This document shows positions 55,183 to 64,000 of a stretch of DNA of 64,000 nt, one piece after another. Positions within the stretch are counted from its first letter, which is position 1; the number at the start of each line of letters is the position of its first letter. The DNA comes from Candidatus Magasanikbacteria bacterium RIFCSPHIGHO2_02_FULL_48_18 (GTDB lineage: Bacteria > Patescibacteriota > Patescibacteriia > Magasanikbacterales > UBA922). The stretch spans positions 4,197 to 68,196 of the forward strand of contig MFQC01000007.1 in the NCBI GenBank assembly GCA_001784285.1, in the 5' to 3' direction. A model generated the notes under the pieces. That model searched no databases, was not told the DNA's origin, and saw only the letters and a program-made list of their open reading frames with translations. The position numbers and the translations under genes were made by a program.

Positions 55183-55830
55183 ATGATGCCCTCTTTTCGC
55201 CTCCGCCATTTTCTTCTTCTCTTTTTTTTCGTTGTGATGGGTTTTTTTATTGCATTTCCCTTTGGAATTGTATCGCACGGGAAAAAACTCTCCTATAAAA
55301 CAGGAGAAGATGTGGTACCGGTCAATGTCGCCATTGTTTTTGGCGCAGGACTTACCGCAAACGACCAGCCATCAGACGTACTGTACGATCGGTTGCGCGT
55401 CGCGTCCGAGCTTTTTCATCAGGGAAAAGTGACGACCCTCCTCGTGTCCGGCGATAATCGGTTTGAAGATCACAATGAACCCGAGGTCATGAAAAAGAGT
55501 CTTGTTGACGATTTTTCTGTTCCCGAAGGCGCTATTGTGGCCGATTATGCCGGTCGGCGGACATACGATACCTGTATTCGGGCCAAAACCATTTGGGGCG
55601 TTGACAGGGCGGTCTTGGTGTCGCAGGGGTTTCATTTGTATCGCGCCATTTGGACGTGCGAGCATATGGGTATTGAAAGCTCGGGGATTTCCGCGAGCTT
55701 GCGTCCTTATATATTTGGGACACAGTATAAGGTGCGGGAGGTTCTTGCCATTTACAAAGCGTTTTCTGACGTGTATTTTTTGTCTCCGGCATATATCGGC
55801 GGCGAATTTATTATTGATATTGATGTATGA
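55183..55830 (+). CDS. DUF218 (SanA/ElyC/YdcF-like) membrane-anchored protein
   Basis: N-terminal TM, then VAIVFGAGL...LLVSGDNRF...VLVSQGFHLYRA, which are DUF218 signature motifs. ORF-track start 55126 is TTG, so ATG 55183 is used. Confidence 0.6.
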   Translation: MMPSFRLRHFLLLFFFVVMGFFIAFPFGIVSHGKKLSYKTGEDVVPVNVAIVFGAGLTANDQPSDVLYDRLRVASELFHQGKVTTLLVSGDNRFEDHNEPEVMKKSLVDDFSVPEGAIVADYAGRRTYDTCIRAKTIWGVDRAVLVSQGFHLYRAIWTCEHMGIESSGISASLRPYIFGTQYKVREVLAIYKAFSDVYFLSPAYIGGEFIIDIDV

Positions 55831-56321
55831 AACGTCAGCTCTTTTTTTCTCTCGGTGTGCTGAGTAGCTGCACCATTGGCTTGTATTTTTTTTCCCATAT
55901 CTTCAGCACCCTTGATCGGGCGTATTTTCGCGCGAACGAAGGCATTTTGACGCATTCAGAAACGATAGTAACCAACGGATCAATGGTGACAAATTATACC
56001 TACAGCCACACGCCGTTTTTTTATCCCATGATGTTCTTTTCTTTTGCCGCGCTTTTTGTGCCGATTTTTTTGGTATGGTTTTTAAGCGTGCGATTTTTTC
56101 GTGTTTCTGTTGGCAAAAAAACGTATGTCCAAAGCCTTTTCTTCCCCCTTGTCTACGCGCTCATCAGTATCATTTCATTTTTTATTGTTATGGATCCCGC
56201 TCTCGGCTGGGAGTATTCGGTGGGTATGGCGCTCATGTTTATCGAGATTGGGCTGGTGTTTACCGTTACGGCGATCGTGAATGGTATCATGTGGAAAAAA
56301 AAGAAAAAGAAGTCTTTCTAA
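55827..56321 (+). CDS. hypothetical integral membrane protein
   Basis: 164 aa, 4 TM helices, C-terminal KKKKKKSF; ATGA overlap with the previous gene. Confidence 0.4.
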   Translation: MKRQLFFSLGVLSSCTIGLYFFSHIFSTLDRAYFRANEGILTHSETIVTNGSMVTNYTYSHTPFFYPMMFFSFAALFVPIFLVWFLSVRFFRVSVGKKTYVQSLFFPLVYALISIISFFIVMDPALGWEYSVGMALMFIEIGLVFTVTAIVNGIMWKKKKKKSF

Positions 56322-56425
56322 GGTTATCTATGCCGCAAAAATATTGGTTCAAACCAGAAGGGGGATAAAAAGGGACAATGTGGATTATAAAAAATAGCTA
56401 AAATAAGCTATTATTTTCTATTTTT

Positions 56426-56462
56426 GTTACTTGTTGACATGGTAGGTAACAAAAGGTAGTAT
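56426..56462 (+). promoter_or_regulatory. promoter (TTGACA-17-TAGTAT) with overlapping inverted-repeat operator for the HTH/Doc operon
   Basis: TTGACA 56434-56439; TAGTAT 56457-56462; IR gttac (56426-56430) / gtaac (56446-56450) brackets the -35. Start codon is only 9 nt after the -10, so a short or absent leader. Confidence 0.45.
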
Positions 56463-56470
56463 GTATATGT

Positions 56471-56728
56471 ATGGAAGATAAAAAATTTTTTTCTACCGCT
56501 GAGCTTGCCCTACTCCTTGGCATCAGTCGGGTGGAGGCGTTTCGTAAAATTCAAAAGGGTCAAATCCCGGCGAAAAAAGCAGGACGGAATTTTTTAATTG
56601 CCAAGAAAGATGTGGCGCACCTGCTCTCGCGTGAGCTAACTAATAAGGAAAAGAAAAAAATAGATATGGCAGTTGATAAAGTGATAGAGGAGTATGGCGA
56701 AACGCTAAAATTACTTGGAAAAGAATGA
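56471..56728 (+). CDS. helix-turn-helix DNA-binding protein (excisionase/MerR-like HTH), putative antitoxin of the Doc pair
   Basis: FSTAELALLLGISRVEAFRKIQKGQIPAKKAGRNFLIAKKDV is an HTH_17-type motif; 85 aa. Stop abuts the next ATG. Confidence 0.55.
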   Translation: MEDKKFFSTAELALLLGISRVEAFRKIQKGQIPAKKAGRNFLIAKKDVAHLLSRELTNKEKKKIDMAVDKVIEEYGETLKLLGKE

Positions 56729-56729
56729 T

Positions 56730-57158
56730 ATGGCAAAAATAGCACTAGTAGCCGTGGCAGATGTTGAATATATCGCCCACAGACTTGCCAAGCGGTTCTT
56801 TGAATGGAACGAACCAATTCCAGATTTTGGCACGCGGTTTCCAAACATATTGGAAAGTTGTCTTGCGGTTCCGTTTCAAACATTTGCGCGCCAGACGCTG
56901 TATAAAGGTTTGCTGGGGAAATCATCCATTTTATTTTATGTGATGATAAAGAATCATCCGTTTCAAAATGAGAATAAACGAATTGCAATAACGACACTAC
57001 TTATATTTTTGCGTAGAAATGGGAAATGGCTGAAAGTGGACAATCAAAAATTGTACAATTTTGCAAAGTGGGTGGCGGCGAGCGAGCCGGAAGTAAAGGA
57101 CGCCACAGTGACAGCAATTCGAGATTTTTTACGGAAGTATCTTATTGATATAAGTTGA
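56730..57158 (+). CDS. Fic/Doc-family protein (death-on-curing-like putative toxin)
   Basis: HPFQNENKRIAITTLLIFL resembles the Fic/Doc motif HxFx(D/N)GNKR, with N-E in place of D/N-G; about 143 aa, the size of Doc. Confidence 0.55.
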   Translation: MAKIALVAVADVEYIAHRLAKRFFEWNEPIPDFGTRFPNILESCLAVPFQTFARQTLYKGLLGKSSILFYVMIKNHPFQNENKRIAITTLLIFLRRNGKWLKVDNQKLYNFAKWVAASEPEVKDATVTAIRDFLRKYLIDIS

Positions 57159-57262
57159 GAGAAACGCCACGATGGCAGGTGGAATGAGTATGCAATCATA
57201 TAAAAAAATTTATTGTTTTCTATTTGGAAGTATTGCCTTTGCCGGGCATGTAATTTTTTGCC

Positions 57263-57781
57263 ATGGCGCAGCTCGCACAATCATTTTTCCGCCGGCCGGT
57301 TCTTGAGGTCGCGCCGGAACTTTTAGGAAAACAGCTTGTCCGTTCGCTCCCAGCCGGAGATGTTTTCCGGTATCGCATTACCGAAGTGGAAGCCTACGAC
57401 GGCTCAGCGGATCTTGCGTGTCATGCGTCGCGCGGAAAAACACCTCGGACCGCGGTGATGTATGAGCCGGGCGGTGTGTGGTATGTGTATTTGGTGTATG
57501 GCATGTATCATATGCTCAATATCGTAACCGGCGAATCAGGGTACCCGGCCGCGGTGCTCATCCGAGGTGTGGAAACGATTTCAGGTCCAGGACGTCTCAC
57601 AAAAAAACTTTTTATCAATAAAACACTCAACCAAAAAAAAGCGATAAAACATAATGGACTTTGGATAGAAGATGACGGATTGGCCGTGTCAGCCTTTGCT
57701 GTCACCCGCACGCCGCGCATTGGTGTGGCGTACGCCAAAGAGTGGGCTGAAAAGCCCTATCGGTTTGTGTGGCAAACATGA
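57263..57781 (+). CDS. DNA-3-methyladenine glycosylase (MPG/AAG family)
   Basis: ITEVEAYDGSADLACHASRGKTPRTAVMYEPGGVWYVYLVYGMYHMLNIV matches the MPG family signature; 172 aa. Confidence 0.85.
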   Translation: MAQLAQSFFRRPVLEVAPELLGKQLVRSLPAGDVFRYRITEVEAYDGSADLACHASRGKTPRTAVMYEPGGVWYVYLVYGMYHMLNIVTGESGYPAAVLIRGVETISGPGRLTKKLFINKTLNQKKAIKHNGLWIEDDGLAVSAFAVTRTPRIGVAYAKEWAEKPYRFVWQT

Positions 57782-57879
57782 TTATGGCCAACAATAAAAA
57801 GTTTTGTCTTTTGGGCCATTGACAATGGCGAGATTCTTCTTTATACTTGTGCTTTCGCTATAGTAAGCTTTTTTTGGTT

Positions 57880-59676
57880 ATGGAAATTCGCAATGTCGCC
57901 ATTATCGCGCACGTTGACCACGGAAAAACGCGTCTTACGGATGGGTTGATGCGCCAGACCGGCATGGTGACGGACGACACCGTCAGTATGGATTCAAACG
58001 TTCTTGAAAAAGAACGCGGCATTACGATTTATTCAAAAAATACGTCTGTCTTTTATAAAAATACAAAAATTAATATCGTCGACACGCCGGGGCACGCGGA
58101 TTTTGGCTCCGAAGTGGAGCGTGTTCTGCGTTCGATCGATTCCGTTATTCTTGTGGTGGATGCGCAAGAAGGCCCCATGCCACAGACCAAGTTTGTTTTG
58201 AAAAAGTCGCTCGAGCTGGGATTAAAGCCCATTGTCGTTTTGAATAAAATCGATAAGCCGGCCGCGCGGCCCGAGTGGGCGCACGAAAAGGTTCTGGAAC
58301 TTTTTATGGATCTCGGCGCAAACGACGAACAATTGAATTTTCCAACCGTCTATGCAGTGGCCAAAGATGGGGCGTCAAAAATACATCTTTCCGATGCTCT
58401 TTCCGATCTCACACCTCTTCTTGACACCATTCTCTCTCACGTTGAACCGATTTCGGGCGATGTCGCCAAACCCTTTGCGTTCCAGCCGTTCAATCTCGCG
58501 TACGATACGTACCTCGGCCGATTGGGGATTGGCCGCATGTATCAAGGTGTTGCAAAGGCCGGCGACAAGGTCTTCATGAAAAAAGTTGACGGCGCCGTCG
58601 TGTCCGGGACCATTTCAAAATTGTTTACGTTTGAAGGTTTGCGACGAAAAGAGGTGACAGAAGCGGTTGCGGGGGATATCGTTATGATGGCCGGCCTATC
58701 GGATATTTATATTGGCGATACGATATGCGCGGATCCGTCGCAAGAATCCCTTCCGGCGATTTCCATTGATGAGCCGACGATTTCATTGAATTTTTTGGTC
58801 AACAATTCTCCGTTCGCGGGAAAAGAAGGAACGTTTGTCACGAGCCAGCAAATAAAAGGGAGATTGGAAAGAGAGTTGGAAGTGAATGTGGGATTACAGG
58901 TTGATTTTTCTTCCAATGATTCATACATGGTGTATGGCCGCGGCGAATTGCATATCGCCGTTTTGCTCGAAACCATGCGCCGCGAGGGATTTGAACTTCA
59001 GGTATCTCAGCCGCATGTTATTATCAAAGATATTGATGGCGTGAAACACGAACCATTTGAAGAAACAACGATTGACGTGCCGCAGGAATATACGGGAATT
59101 GTCATCGAAAAAATGTCAAAACGAAGAGGGGAGATGACGGAAATGCGTCCGGAGCACCAGTATACGCGCATGATTTTTCGGATTCCAACCAGAGGACTGT
59201 TGGGGTATCGGAGTGAATTTGTGGTGGATACGCGCGGGGAAGGCATTTTATGCAGTGAAACCACTGGATTTTTTCCCATGGTGACTGGCGTTATTGAAAA
59301 GCGTCAGGTGGGGTCGATGGTTTCCGGGGAAAAAGGCAAAGTGCTCTCGTATGCGCTTGCCAATCTTCAAGATCGGGGCACGCTCTATGTGGGGCCAAAT
59401 GTGGAGGTTTATGAGGGTCAAGTGATTGGGAATACCGCGAAGGGCATGGATATGACGGTCAACCCAACCAAAGGAAAACACCTTACCAATATGCGCGCGT
59501 CGAGCGCGGATATTGCGGTTCAGCTCACTCCGCCGCTCCTTTTGACCCTTGAACATGGGCTTGAAATTATGGCAGAGGATGAATATCTGGAGGTCACGCC
59601 CAAAAGTGTTCGTCTGAGAAAGCAGTATTTGACAGAAGTAGACCGGGTGCGAGCGACCAGAAAGAAAAATGCATAA
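57880..59676 (+). CDS. typA: translational GTPase TypA/BipA
   Basis: IRNVAIIAHVDHGKTRL (G1), DTPGHADF (G3), NKID (G4); EF-G-like domain order; about 598 aa. Start at ATG 57880; ORF-track 57847 is TTG. Confidence 0.9.
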   Translation: MEIRNVAIIAHVDHGKTRLTDGLMRQTGMVTDDTVSMDSNVLEKERGITIYSKNTSVFYKNTKINIVDTPGHADFGSEVERVLRSIDSVILVVDAQEGPMPQTKFVLKKSLELGLKPIVVLNKIDKPAARPEWAHEKVLELFMDLGANDEQLNFPTVYAVAKDGASKIHLSDALSDLTPLLDTILSHVEPISGDVAKPFAFQPFNLAYDTYLGRLGIGRMYQGVAKAGDKVFMKKVDGAVVSGTISKLFTFEGLRRKEVTEAVAGDIVMMAGLSDIYIGDTICADPSQESLPAISIDEPTISLNFLVNNSPFAGKEGTFVTSQQIKGRLERELEVNVGLQVDFSSNDSYMVYGRGELHIAVLLETMRREGFELQVSQPHVIIKDIDGVKHEPFEETTIDVPQEYTGIVIEKMSKRRGEMTEMRPEHQYTRMIFRIPTRGLLGYRSEFVVDTRGEGILCSETTGFFPMVTGVIEKRQVGSMVSGEKGKVLSYALANLQDRGTLYVGPNVEVYEGQVIGNTAKGMDMTVNPTKGKHLTNMRASSADIAVQLTPPLLLTLEHGLEIMAEDEYLEVTPKSVRLRKQYLTEVDRVRATRKKNA

Positions 59677-59687
59677 CCCTCCTTGAA

Positions 59688-59710
59688 CCTCCCCCTGCGG
59701 GAGGTTTTTT
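59688..59710 (+). terminator. rho-independent terminator after typA
   Basis: cctccc-cctgc-gggagg hairpin followed by tttttt. Confidence 0.75.
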
Positions 59711-59794
59711 GCAGAAAAATAGTAATTCATATATACTCTATTTTTTACAGAAAGAACAAGCAATAAATTGTTCCTTCGCCGACAATCAACAACT

Positions 59795-60148
59795 ATGCAA
59801 AACATTCAAGAAATTTTTGACCGGGTTCAAAAAAATAAAGATGAATCAAAAAAAATTCGCGGCATGTACAAGGATTCTTTATCGACGAATGGGGAATATG
59901 AAGAGATCGGAGAAAAAATAAAAACCCTGCGGGAAAGAAAAAAACAGATTGAACTTGCCGTGCGTCAGGGCATGGAAAAGGAACTGATGACGTTGGAGGA
60001 TTTGAAAATTGATATTGCCTCGGATATGGAGCTCTTGAGCGATTTGGCGCTTTCAGAGCTCGTCAAGGGAGAAACGGTTGCGGTAAAGGACGCGGCAAAC
60101 AACGAGTACGAACCGATTTTTAGCGTAAAATTTAAAAAAGTGTCCTAA
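59795..60148 (+). CDS. hypothetical coiled-coil protein
   Basis: MQNIQEIFDRVQKNKDESKKIRGMYKD...; 117 aa, charged and helical. No family recognised. Confidence 0.4.
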   Translation: MQNIQEIFDRVQKNKDESKKIRGMYKDSLSTNGEYEEIGEKIKTLRERKKQIELAVRQGMEKELMTLEDLKIDIASDMELLSDLALSELVKGETVAVKDAANNEYEPIFSVKFKKVS

Positions 60149-60154
60149 TGCTGT

Positions 60155-60733
60155 ATGAAAGAAATTGTTTTTGATATTGAAACCTATGGCAATATAAAAG
60201 ACCAGGCCAACATGAAAGTGACTGTGGTATCGGTTTATCACTATGAAACAGATACATATCGCTCCTTTGACGAGACGCAATTGGGGGATATGTGGCCCTT
60301 ATTTGAAAAAGCGGATCGCATTATCGGTTTTAATAGCGAACATTTTGACATTCCCATTCTCAATAAATATTATACGGGAGATCTTTTTCGTTTTGCCCAC
60401 CTTGATCTTTTGAAAGTGATCAAAGACAGCACGGGAAGGCGGTACAAATTGGATGATTTGGCGAAAGCCACGCTCCAGATGCAGAAAAGCGCGGACGGGC
60501 TTCAAGCGATGCAATGGTACGAAGCGGGAGAAATTGAAAAAATTAAACAATATTGCGAACAGGATGTGCGCGTGACCAAAGAATTGTACGAATTTGGGAG
60601 AAAAAACAAGATGATTTATTATCCCACACTGACCGGCGACATTATTCCCATTGCCGTTGATTTTGATCCGCCCGTGAGGCACATCAATACTCCGGATACT
60701 GGCCGGAGCATCAATCTCACGCTTCCTCTGTAA
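60155..60733 (+). CDS. predicted 3'-5' exonuclease (DEDD/RNase H-like fold, YprB/PolB-exonuclease-like)
   Basis: VFDIETYG (Exo I), FNSEHFDIPIL (Exo II), YCEQDVRVT (Exo III-like); 192 aa. Confidence 0.6.
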   Translation: MKEIVFDIETYGNIKDQANMKVTVVSVYHYETDTYRSFDETQLGDMWPLFEKADRIIGFNSEHFDIPILNKYYTGDLFRFAHLDLLKVIKDSTGRRYKLDDLAKATLQMQKSADGLQAMQWYEAGEIEKIKQYCEQDVRVTKELYEFGRKNKMIYYPTLTGDIIPIAVDFDPPVRHINTPDTGRSINLTLPL

Positions 60734-60742
60734 AAAACGTTA

Positions 60743-61429
60743 TCAAAAAATTTCAAATTTGATCGCCTTCGCGCTCGCTCCTTCTTGCAGAAGAATGGTT
60801 CGGACATCTTTAATCATTTCTCCATTTCCGCACAAATAAAAAAGATCGTCCTGGCCGGGGGTCGGGAGATGGCTCGTGACTCGGCCGCTCAGTCCTTCCC
60901 ACGATTGGCCGGGCCGCGAAACGGTAAGCTGATAAGAAAAATTGGGGTGCGTTTTTTGCAAATCGTTCAGCCGCTCAGTCCAAAAAATATCTTTTTCCAT
61001 TCGAACCCCAAACAGGAGACGAATCTCGTGGTTGGTTTTTTTTGTTTCGAGCTGATCTCGTATGATGCTCAAAAGAGGCGCAAGACCCGCGCCTGTGGCA
61101 ACGGCGGAGAGCGGTTTGTTCGCATCGTTCATTACAAAACGTCCTTGCGCTTTGGTACAGAGGAATTCTTCGCCCTCGCGCATGCGCAAGAGGTGTGCTG
61201 ACGCGACGCCATTTTCGATCATTTTGACGCAAAATTCCAGATATGGATCTCCCGGAATAGACGAAATGGAATAAGCCCTTAACGCCAGTGATCCGTCGGA
61301 AGACGGCACGGCAAATTGGACGAATTGGCCTGCCGTAAAAACAAACATATCCGGCTTGGCAAACCGGAAAGAATACACGAAATCGGCAATATGTTTTTTT
61401 TCGAGAAGGGTGAGGGCGTATGTTTCCAT
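60743..61429 (-). CDS. FAD/NAD(P)-binding oxidoreductase (ferredoxin-NADP reductase-like)
   Basis: FAD-binding RAYSISS (RxYS) motif; NAD(P)-binding AVATGAGLAPLLSI; 228 aa. Confidence 0.7.
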   Translation of the reverse strand: METYALTLLEKKHIADFVYSFRFAKPDMFVFTAGQFVQFAVPSSDGSLALRAYSISSIPGDPYLEFCVKMIENGVASAHLLRMREGEEFLCTKAQGRFVMNDANKPLSAVATGAGLAPLLSIIRDQLETKKTNHEIRLLFGVRMEKDIFWTERLNDLQKTHPNFSYQLTVSRPGQSWEGLSGRVTSHLPTPGQDDLFYLCGNGEMIKDVRTILLQEGASAKAIKFEIF

Positions 61430-61493
61430 ATCTTGACAAATAGCTGGGAGAAAGATACCATACTCTCTAAGTATGAATTAACCTTTTTATACC

Positions 61494-61883
61494 ATGATTA
61501 TCCTCACTCGACAAGTAGATTATGGCGTACAGTTTTTAAAAGCGCTTGCCGTTCAGAAAAACGGAAAATCGCTCAGTGTACGGCAATTCTCTCATGATTC
61601 TACCATATCGTTTCTCTTTTTGCAACGCATTGTCCGAAAGTTGAAGCTCCATGGCATTATCCATTCCGAACGAGGACCCTCCGGAGGATATGTGCTGGCT
61701 CGTCCGGACATGTCCATTTCTCTTTCCGACGTGATTGAGGCGGTTGAGGGACCTCATGGCATTGTCCAATGTCTCAAGGCCGGAAAAATGTGTGAGCGCA
61801 AAGACGTCTGCACCGCGCGTCCGACGTTTCAATCCGTTCAAGATACAATGAATCATATGTTTCGTGAGATCCGGATTGTCTAA
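61494..61883 (+). CDS. Rrf2-family transcriptional regulator (IscR-like, with Cys ligands)
   Basis: Winged-helix signature SERGPSGGYVLARP; Cys cluster CLKAGKMCERKDVC; 129 aa; immediately upstream of the cysteine desulfurase. Confidence 0.8.
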   Translation: MIILTRQVDYGVQFLKALAVQKNGKSLSVRQFSHDSTISFLFLQRIVRKLKLHGIIHSERGPSGGYVLARPDMSISLSDVIEAVEGPHGIVQCLKAGKMCERKDVCTARPTFQSVQDTMNHMFREIRIV

Positions 61884-61885
61884 GT

Positions 61886-63166
61886 ATGGCTTCTGTTTCA
61901 TTTCCCGCACGTCCAAAGCAAATTCGCGAGATATATTTCGATTATGCGGCAGGCGGCCCTATGTTGTCATCTGTTTTTGTTGCCATGCGGCCGCATCTCA
62001 CAAATCGTTTTGCCAATCCGTCGGGTCTTCATGCTCTGTCTCAGCGGGAGCGGGTCTCTGTTGAAGAGAGCCGCAGTCTTATCGCCGATGTGCTTCATGC
62101 CACTCCGGATACGGTCATTTTTACGAGCGGCGGCACCGAATCCATCAACATGGCCATTCTTGGGGCCGCGCGGGCATACGCGCAAAAAAAGAAAACTGGA
62201 AAACGTCGCGGCCATATTATTACAACCGCGATTGAACACGCGGCCGGCATGGCTCCGGTCCGGTATCTGGAAGTTTCCGGTTTTGATGTCACATATCTTC
62301 CAGTCGATAGCAACGGTTTTGTGTCGGTCAACGACATCAAAACCCATCTTCGCTCTGATACTTTTTTGGTGTCGGTCATGTATGCCAATAATGAAATCGG
62401 CGCCATTCAGCCCATTTCCGATATTGGCCGAGAAATTCTTGCGTGGCGCAAAAAGCAAAATTCTATTTTTCCGTTATTTCATTCTGACGCATGCCAGGCA
62501 ATTGGGTTTTTGCCCGTTGACGTGGAAAAATGCCATGCGGATCTTTTGAGCTTTAATGGAAGTAAAATTGGCGGTCCGAAGGGGATTGGCGTCTTGTACA
62601 AGCGCCGCGGGGTCGTTCTCGAACCACTGCTGTTTGGGGGAGGACAGGAGTTTGGGTTGCGGAGCGGGACAGAACATGTGGCCGGCATTGTCGGTATGGC
62701 AAAAGCGCTCACGCATGCGGCGGCGTCAAGAGCCACAGAAGCAAAACGTTTGGCCGCGCTGTCCGTATATTTTTGGAAAGGAATTCACCATTCTATTCCC
62801 AATGTGAAACTGAACGGGCCGGCATTGTTTGAAAATAATACAATGCGCGGGAAGCGGAAAGAGAGCGGCATGGCAAGACTTCCCAATAATGTTCATGTTT
62901 CTTTCCCCGGCCTTGAGGGCGAAGCGCTGGTTTTGTATTTGGAGCGGTATGGAATTTTGTGTGCCACAGGTTCGGCTTGTAATAGCAATAAAGAAACGAC
63001 ATCGCATGTGCTTTCTGCAATCGGACTTACAAACGAAGAGCGGACAGGAAGCATTCGGTTTACTCTGGGGCGGGAAACCGCCAAAGCCGATATAGCCTAT
63101 ACTCTGAAATATCTTCCTCCGGTCGTGTCAGCCGTGCGCCGCATGCGCCAGGTCATTTCCGGATAA
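61886..63166 (+). CDS. cysteine desulfurase (class V aminotransferase, IscS/NifS-type)
   Basis: PLP-lysine region SFNGSKIGGPKGIG; active-site Cys loop ATGSACNS; 426 aa. Confidence 0.85.
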   Translation: MASVSFPARPKQIREIYFDYAAGGPMLSSVFVAMRPHLTNRFANPSGLHALSQRERVSVEESRSLIADVLHATPDTVIFTSGGTESINMAILGAARAYAQKKKTGKRRGHIITTAIEHAAGMAPVRYLEVSGFDVTYLPVDSNGFVSVNDIKTHLRSDTFLVSVMYANNEIGAIQPISDIGREILAWRKKQNSIFPLFHSDACQAIGFLPVDVEKCHADLLSFNGSKIGGPKGIGVLYKRRGVVLEPLLFGGGQEFGLRSGTEHVAGIVGMAKALTHAAASRATEAKRLAALSVYFWKGIHHSIPNVKLNGPALFENNTMRGKRKESGMARLPNNVHVSFPGLEGEALVLYLERYGILCATGSACNSNKETTSHVLSAIGLTNEERTGSIRFTLGRETAKADIAYTLKYLPPVVSAVRRMRQVISG

Positions 63167-63174
63167 CTTGTTGT

Positions 63175-64000
63175 ATGCCAAAAAAAACGAAAAAAAATTC
63201 TGTCGCGTTTGTGCCCGAAAACACGGCGTTGTATGAACAAGCGGATAATGACCGTTCTCGTTTTCGCGCAGAACCGGGGATACATGAAGCGGTGATTCGG
63301 GAAATTTCGAGCCAAAAAAAAGAACCGCAATGGATGCTTGAAAAACGGCTCAAAGCCTATGAATTTTTTTTAAAAACGCCGGTGCCAACCTGGGGTGTTG
63401 ATTTGTCGCTCCTCAATTTGGATGAGATTGTTTATTTTGTCCGTCCGGACGCAAAAGAGTCTGCGCGCTGGGAAGACGTGCCGGAAGAAATCAAACGAAC
63501 GTTTGACCGTTTGGGCATTCCGGAAGCGGAAAAAAAATCATTGGCAGGCGTTGGCGCGCAGTATGATTCCGACGTGGTGTATCATAATATTAAAAAAGAA
63601 TTGAGCAACAAAGGCGTTATTTTTGAAAACATGGACGTGGCGCTAGAAAAATATGAGCCGATGGTCAAAAAATATTTTATGACGCAGTGCGTTCCAATCA
63701 ATGACCACAAGTTTGTCATGCTCCATGGAGCTGTGTGGTCCGGCGGGACATTTATTTACGTGCCAAAAGGCGTCACAGTGGGCCTGCCGCTCCAGGCATA
63801 TTTTCGCATGAACGCGGAACAAGGCGGCCAATTTGAACACACCCTTATTATCGCGGACGAAGGAGCCGAAGTCTCCTATATTGAAGGCTGTTCCGCGCCG
63901 CGCTACACGTCCAATTCTCTTCATGCCGGCTGTGTGGAAATTTTTGTAGGACGCGACGCGCGCGTAAAATATTATTCCATTGAAAACTGGTCAAAAAATA
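63175..64000 (+). CDS. sufB: Fe-S cluster assembly protein SufB (SufB/SufD family), N-terminal ~275 aa; continues beyond the window end
   Basis: Not in ORF track because there is no stop in the window. Translation from ATG 63175: MPKKTKKNSVAFVPENTALYEQ...PVPTWGVDLSLLNLDEIVYFVRP...MLHGAVWSGGTFIYVPKGVTV...HTLIIADEGAEVSYIEGCSAP. Confidence 0.8.
   Translation, partial: MPKKTKKNSVAFVPENTALYEQADNDRSRFRAEPGIHEAVIREISSQKKEPQWMLEKRLKAYEFFLKTPVPTWGVDLSLLNLDEIVYFVRPDAKESARWEDVPEEIKRTFDRLGIPEAEKKSLAGVGAQYDSDVVYHNIKKELSNKGVIFENMDVALEKYEPMVKKYFMTQCVPINDHKFVMLHGAVWSGGTFIYVPKGVTVGLPLQAYFRMNAEQGGQFEHTLIIADEGAEVSYIEGCSAPRYTSNSLHAGCVEIFVGRDARVKYYSIENWSKN

Overview
This 64-kb window is gene-dense, with roughly 70 CDS, most of them on the + strand. 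I recognised no rRNA, CRISPR array, transposase or integrase. All protein calls are from reading the ORF translations for motifs; I could not run any search.

Contents by region:
- 1-6.2 kb and 21.3-30.9 kb: nucleotide-sugar and glycan biosynthesis. This includes a Wzx-like flippase fragment, Ugd, a second sugar dehydrogenase, an epimerase, a WbaP-like priming transferase, RmlB, an RmlD-like reductase, a long-form RmlA-like nucleotidyltransferase, four GT2 glycosyltransferases and an aldo/keto reductase.
- 13.6-19.3 kb: a lipid-linked glycan module made of a GT4, a 721-aa polytopic membrane protein, a PgsA-like CDP-alcohol phosphatidyltransferase and a GT-C (PMT/ArnT-like) transferase.
- Housekeeping genes: rplU, recR-ybaB-dnaB, murA, an S41 C-terminal processing peptidase, a parvulin PPIase, mscL, ftsEX, a DEAD-box helicase, typA/bipA, a 3-methyladenine glycosylase, and an Rrf2 regulator followed by a cysteine desulfurase and sufB.
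- Five tRNAs: Gly-CCC, Thr-CGU, Gln-UUG and Asn-GUU.

Highlights:
- The tRNA-Asn gene is split in its anticodon loop by a ~307-nt insertion that carries all the sequence hallmarks of a group I self-splicing intron (P1 with U.G at the splice site, P/Q/R/S core elements, terminal G).
- Three single-gene islets are ~60% GC in a ~45% GC background. Two of them are extra copies of native low-GC genes (a CDP-alcohol phosphatidyltransferase and a NUDIX hydrolase), and two carry AGGAGG ribosome-binding sites.
- A translationally coupled giant-surface-protein operon encodes a 1413-aa transglutaminase-like protein, a membrane protein, and a ~996-aa protein with prenyltransferase-type alpha/alpha-toroid repeats, a TSP3 repeat and dockerin-like repeats.
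- An HTH-antitoxin/Doc-Fic toxin pair with a promoter and operator.
- A nested palindromic element between tRNA-Gln and tRNA-Asn.
- A 21-nt tandem-repeat coiled-coil gene.
- A recurring TGCTATACT extended -10 motif upstream of three genes.

Gene content and style suggest an uncultivated small-genome bacterium, possibly from the Candidate Phyla Radiation (CPR)/Patescibacteria. This is inference only.
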